Assembly: GCA_963693095.2 (NCBI GenBank)
Contig: OY843768.1
Span: forward strand, 1,632,001-1,696,000
DNA length: 64,000 nucleotides
Origin: Cenarchaeum sp.
GTDB taxonomy: Archaea > Thermoproteota > Nitrososphaeria > Nitrososphaerales > Nitrosopumilaceae
Direction of reading: 5' to 3'
Under the pieces are notes generated by a model. It was not told where the DNA came from, made no database searches, and saw nothing but the letters and a program-made list of their open reading frames with translations. Made by a program: the position numbers and the translations under genes. Below, in pieces: positions 59,743 through 64,000 of this stretch (positions are counted from its first letter, which is position 1; every line of letters starts with the position of its first letter).

Positions 59743-60408
59743 ATGCCAGGACTAGAAAAGACTTGGACCACTAGGGATCGTCCGGGAGTCGCAGACAAGC
59801 TCCGTGGCGCTGTAAAGCCACAGGGGGCACTAAAGCCGCAGATACAGAATGCCGTCACAAAGATGCAGGTGCAGGTACACCGCCTTGATGGCGTCATCGC
59901 AAAGCTAAATGAGCGCGACGCACGGGTATTCCAGAAAATAGTGGCCGCAATGCAAGAGCATAACACAAATGCCAGCCGCGTTCTCTCCAATGAACTCGTC
60001 GAGATACGAAAGGTAAGCCGCAAGATGGCCAGCGTCAGAATGCAGATCGAGCAGGTTCAGCTTCGCCTGACAACCATGCACGAGCTCGGCGACGCAATGG
60101 TCGAGCTCTCTCCGGCGATGCAGACGATGAAGGACTTGCAGCCTTCCCTTGGAAAGTTCATGCCAGAGGCCGACGGCGAGCTGGCCGGAATGGCCCAAAC
60201 GCTAGGCGGAATGTTCGGCGAATCCTCTATTGGTGGCGTGTTTGACCAGCAAGAGGCGGAGGTTCCAACCGGCGAGACTGCGAGGATACTCGAGGAGGCT
60301 CAGGCCATGGCCGAAGTCGGCACGGGGGCAAAGTTCCCCGAGGCTCCAATGCCAGATGGGGTGCAGGGCTCTACTTCCTCATCGCCCACGGCATCTACCT
60401 TCGAGTAG
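59743..60408 (+). CDS. ESCRT-III/Snf7 (CdvB-family) protein
   Basis: Coiled-coil core (SNELVEIRK, EQVQLRLTT) and ILEEA..AE C-terminal helix. Confidence 0.85.
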   Translation: MPGLEKTWTTRDRPGVADKLRGAVKPQGALKPQIQNAVTKMQVQVHRLDGVIAKLNERDARVFQKIVAAMQEHNTNASRVLSNELVEIRKVSRKMASVRMQIEQVQLRLTTMHELGDAMVELSPAMQTMKDLQPSLGKFMPEADGELAGMAQTLGGMFGESSIGGVFDQQEAEVPTGETARILEEAQAMAEVGTGAKFPEAPMPDGVQGSTSSSPTASTFE

Positions 60409-60446
60409 TCAAGAATTTTTTCATTTTTTAATTGTGCGCCCTTGCG

Positions 60447-61736
60447 CTATTCCCACGATACCGTGTCAGACGAGTGGGTGTAGAGGCCCTTGCGCTCCCA
60501 CGTGTCGCCGGTGACTCCCCAGATCTCATAGTTGGCCGACTTTAGGTCACCGGCCTCGTTTAGCTGGGCCGGCCCTATTGCGCCATAGTACCTTGATGCG
60601 ACATCTGGCACGATCTCGCGTATTGCGTTGGCGTCATCCGAGTCGAGCTGTAGCATTGCGAGGCCGTATATCCACGGCACGTCATATGACGAGTGGACAA
60701 AGGCGCTTGGGATGTATCCAAACTCCTCGCTCAGCTTTTCCTCCACCCTCTCGTAGATCGCGTTCTTTGAGACGGCGACCTGCGTCGTGGTGTACTCTAC
60801 GCTGTTGGAGAACTCGCGCGCTATTGGATCCCCGACAATGTCAGGGTCCTTTGTAGTCGAGCCGGCCCCAAACCAGAGCGTGCCGGCAAGCTCGGGGTGC
60901 TCAGAGGCTGACTGCATGAACTGCGTGGCCTCTGAAAAGCTGATCATCGCGACGCCTATGCTCTGTGCGCCGCCCTCGCGTGCTTCGGCGACGCGCTCGG
61001 CCAGAAGCGACGTTGTCGCCGCAAAGTCTGGCGCCTCGGGGTTGTAGCGTAGCTTGTTGTTCTCCTCGACTATGCCGCCAAAGGAGGCAAACGAGCTAAA
61101 CGTGCTGTTGCTCAGGCCGTCGCCCCACGCGTCACCGCGCCATGTCGTGATGAGCGTGTCAACGCCGCGGGCCTCAATGACGCGCGCGAGCGCATGGCCC
61201 TGGTTGCTGTCGTCTGGAACGAGGCGGTAAACGCTGTCATCAGGTATCGCAAGTGTCGGAGCCGACGAGCAGCAGCTCATCAGGACCATTCCGTTGGCGT
61301 CTGCGTATCCCTTTACGTTGCGTATTGCCGAGCTCGTCTCTGGCCCCACAATGATCTGGATATCGCGCGAGTTGAGCGATGTCAGCTTGTCAAGGGCGAC
61401 TACGGGGTTCGTCGCGCTGTCCTCGACTGCAAGGCCCATTCTCCACGGCGCGTCGATCTTTTCGAGGTGCTCATTAAAGTCATCAACGCCCATTCTTGTT
61501 CCCGCAAGGTTCTCCTCGCCGTGGGCCGAGAGGTCTCCGGTCGTCGGGAGTATAACGCCTAGCGTGACTGTGCCGCTGAGTCCGGTCTCGGCCTGCATGG
61601 GCATCTCGCCTGTCCCCTCCATGACCACCGTCGTTGACTGTGACGAGCCGGCGGCATAGCCGATAACAAGACCCAGGATTATCGCCGCAATTGGCACGAT
61701 CGCCCGCCCACGTGACTTGCCGCTGCTGCCCTCCAT
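60447..61736 (-). CDS. ABC transporter substrate-binding protein (LIVBP-like)
   Basis: N-terminal TM helix; GVILPTTGDLS, VGPETS and RLVPDD motifs. Confidence 0.9.
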   Translation of the reverse strand: MEGSSGKSRGRAIVPIAAIILGLVIGYAAGSSQSTTVVMEGTGEMPMQAETGLSGTVTLGVILPTTGDLSAHGEENLAGTRMGVDDFNEHLEKIDAPWRMGLAVEDSATNPVVALDKLTSLNSRDIQIIVGPETSSAIRNVKGYADANGMVLMSCCSSAPTLAIPDDSVYRLVPDDSNQGHALARVIEARGVDTLITTWRGDAWGDGLSNSTFSSFASFGGIVEENNKLRYNPEAPDFAATTSLLAERVAEAREGGAQSIGVAMISFSEATQFMQSASEHPELAGTLWFGAGSTTKDPDIVGDPIAREFSNSVEYTTTQVAVSKNAIYERVEEKLSEEFGYIPSAFVHSSYDVPWIYGLAMLQLDSDDANAIREIVPDVASRYYGAIGPAQLNEAGDLKSANYEIWGVTGDTWERKGLYTHSSDTVSWE

Positions 61737-61922
61737 GCACGCGCCTCTCAGATTGGCAGTATATACCCTTTTGTGAGGCGGGCCCCATGTGATCAGCGTC
61801 GGCCCTCGGGGCGGGGGGCACGGGCAGGCGGCGGTGTCACGCCCTGACCTACGAGTGGTCCGGATCTGTGGTGGGTGTTACGTGTAAACAGTTTCTGCGC
61901 TAATCTGTGGATGCCGTGCCCG

Positions 61923-62741
61923 TCAGGACGATGTGCCCGGGGGCTCAGACGCCGAACCTTGTACGTCAACACTGCCGTTGGTATAGTCCACACGAATATC
62001 ATATGCCGTTTTGCCCGTTGCGGCTGTGTAGTAAAAGGTGATTTTGGCACGAAATAGCTCATGTTTGGATGCGCGCGTGTGCTCGTCGGTGAGCACTAAA
62101 ATGGGCACCTCCATAAACCCGTTGGGCGACAGTGATCCCCAGAAGCGGGTTGTCGTCCGGGACTTGTCTGGTCTGTCCTCCTTGGACGTTATCATTTCAT
62201 GGGTTTCCTGGCTAGTAATGTTTAGGGCGGGGGTAGAGCCCAAATTGAGGATTCGTACCGTTACGGTTAGCCCTTCATCAGATTGACGTCGCCTGTGCGT
62301 GGAGCCGTCTTCAAAGGTTGTCCAAGACAGCGCAGACCACAATCTGCCCCGTGTTTCCTGTCTAAGAAAATTAAGGTGTGAATTAGAATGTTCTGCTTGC
62401 TTCTTGAGGTAGTGCCCAGTTAGGAACACGCCGGCTAAAGTGATAACAGATACGCCTATGCCAATTAGAAAGAGGCGCCAAGTTGAATCAGCGGTAGTTC
62501 TGCTCGCCTCTTCCACTACGTCCTCAAGCTGGTCAAGCTCTGTGACGATCTGCCCAATGTCTGTGTTGGGTTCTTGGGCAAGCGCGTCGTGAAACGACAG
62601 CAACGCGAGTATGATCAGGGGCGCATAGCACACAATATTATGAATGAGCCCACTCACAGTGTGTGTGGAATCAAGCTTCTTTGTAGACTGCCCAAGTGGC
62701 ACGCGCGTGAGCACTGGCTGGCGCATCGCTAGGGCAACCAT
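61923..62741 (-). CDS. Membrane hypothetical protein
   Basis: Signal-like segment, a TM helix and an NLGSTPALNI motif; the start overlaps the upstream gene. Confidence 0.6.
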   Translation of the reverse strand: MVALAMRQPVLTRVPLGQSTKKLDSTHTVSGLIHNIVCYAPLIILALLSFHDALAQEPNTDIGQIVTELDQLEDVVEEASRTTADSTWRLFLIGIGVSVITLAGVFLTGHYLKKQAEHSNSHLNFLRQETRGRLWSALSWTTFEDGSTHRRRQSDEGLTVTVRILNLGSTPALNITSQETHEMITSKEDRPDKSRTTTRFWGSLSPNGFMEVPILVLTDEHTRASKHELFRAKITFYYTAATGKTAYDIRVDYTNGSVDVQGSASEPPGTSS

Positions 62742-63258
62742 GGCCGCACGTGCATCATGCTTTGAGACGTGTCATCTAGAACCCGAAACGTGATGGTCGT
62801 ACAGTTGTCAAAGGCGCCATCAATAAAGAGCGACTTTAGCTCCTCTCTCCAATGCGGAATGCGCGTGATCCGGTCAAGAAGCAGGTAGCAGCGATCAGTG
62901 TCGCGCGTCTTTTTACTCATTGACAGGTACTGTTTTATCACTGTGCGAAGGCTCTTGCGAGTCAAGTGCTCCGCAAAGTCATAATAGAATATGCACGCGG
63001 GCTTGACGTTGCCTTTTAGGAGATCCACCACCTTTAGCAGGGCAGCCGGCGTCTTGGCATAGTTTGGGGAGACGTACATGTCATAGAACCACGGTTCCCC
63101 ATGCATCGGGTTGTGGGGTATGCCAACTAGGAACGACACACTCGTGTGGTCAGCGCCATCAATATGCTCTGCGAGCCGAGGATCCTTGAGTATGGAGGTC
63201 GGCTTGGCCCACCATGGATTTTGCGCCGAGATGTCGTAGGATTTGAGAAAGAGTGCCA
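62729..63258 (-). CDS. Hypothetical protein, paralogue of 46916..47446
   Basis: MALFLKS.DIS.QNPWW...YLLLDRI..IPHWREEL; start approximate. Confidence 0.6.
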
Positions 63259-63397
63259 TTTGTACGGCGCGGTGGGCGGGCTTTTGTGATATTAGTGTTG
63301 CCCGACGTGGCGCCGCATGGGGCTCAAGAGGCGTTCCCCCGGCGGCCTGTCGCGTGCAGGGCGGGCGTGTCCTGCACACATACTAGGAATGTGAGGG

Positions 63398-63471
63398 TGG
63401 GGCCGGCAGGATTTGAACCTGCGACCACTAGCACCCCAGGCTAGCATCCTGCCATGCTAGACAACGGCCCC
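63398..63471 (-). tRNA. tRNA-Pro (GGG), intronless
   Basis: GGGGCCG acceptor stem, anticodon loop CTGGGGT, GGTTCAAATCC T-arm, upstream TTTAATAA. Confidence 0.95.
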
Positions 63472-63580
63472 ACGTGCCGCACGCGCCGGACCGAAATTAT
63501 TAAACCGTGGCGTTGCGCGCGAATCGAGGCGGCGCGTGGTGACTAGCACGCGTGCGTGGAGGCGGCATGGGGGGCGGGGA

Positions 63581-64000
63581 CTAGCGTTCCTGCTCGCGGG
63601 GCCGGATCAGAATCTCGTTGACGTTCACGCGTGAGGGCGTGCGCAGCGCGTAGACTATTGACTCGGCAATGTCCTCGGACTTGAGGGCATCCATCTTTTT
63701 GGCCCCCTCGACGAACGAGGTGAGCGACTCGTCAGTTATCGTGCTGGTGAGCTCGGTTGCGACAACGCCGGGCTCTATGCACGTGACGCGCACGCCCGAG
63801 CGCGCGCTGAGCTCCTGCCTCAGGCCCTCGCTGAACGCGGTGACAAAGTGCTTTGTTCCGCAATAGACGCTTCCGGCCGGAAAGACGAGGCGGCCGGCGA
63901 CTGATGACACGTTTACGATATGGCCTGACTTTGCCGCCGTCATTATGGGCACGACGGCAGCAGTCATGTAGAGAACCCCCTTTATGTTGACGTCGACCAT
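63581..64000 (-). CDS. Short-chain dehydrogenase/reductase (5' end outside the window)
   Basis: NVSSVAG, YCGTK, IEPGVV and NEILIRP motifs. Confidence 0.92.
   Translation of the reverse strand: MVDVNIKGVLYMTAAVVPIMTAAKSGHIVNVSSVAGRLVFPAGSVYCGTKHFVTAFSEGLRQELSARSGVRVTCIEPGVVATELTSTITDESLTSFVEGAKKMDALKSEDIAESIVYALRTPSRVNVNEILIRPREQER

Overview
This is a high-GC archaeal window. The core genes (ESCRT-III/CdvB, aconitase X pair, AMMECR1, NFACT/Rqc2, cbiT-cbiL-cbiF, APS reductase and sat, tRNA-Pro, giant surface protein) and the TATA-box leaderless promoters point to an ammonia-oxidising Nitrososphaerota; a Cenarchaeum-like symbiont is an inference. Two accessory systems stand out. (1) Five DUF3800-type (RNase H-like) genes in two subfamilies each have a convergent ~70-80 nt two-hairpin element at the 3' end. 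These nine elements show covariation and G-U pairs, and in one subfamily a TATA-like box starts exactly 30 nt upstream in all five copies, so they look like protein-associated ncRNAs. (2) A ~34 kb island (4.9-38.8 kb) holds an expanded two-gene module: 5 full-length and 4 truncated ~270-285 aa genes with an R...(S/A)TS...ExE ADP-ribosyltransferase-like signature, and 15 paralogous 85-88 aa winged-helix-like genes, each with its own promoter. The island also carries three broken N6-adenine methyltransferases, IS630 copies, IS66 remnants with a derived MITE, and a 3,489 aa surface protein. All family assignments come from motifs recognised by eye; no searches were run.
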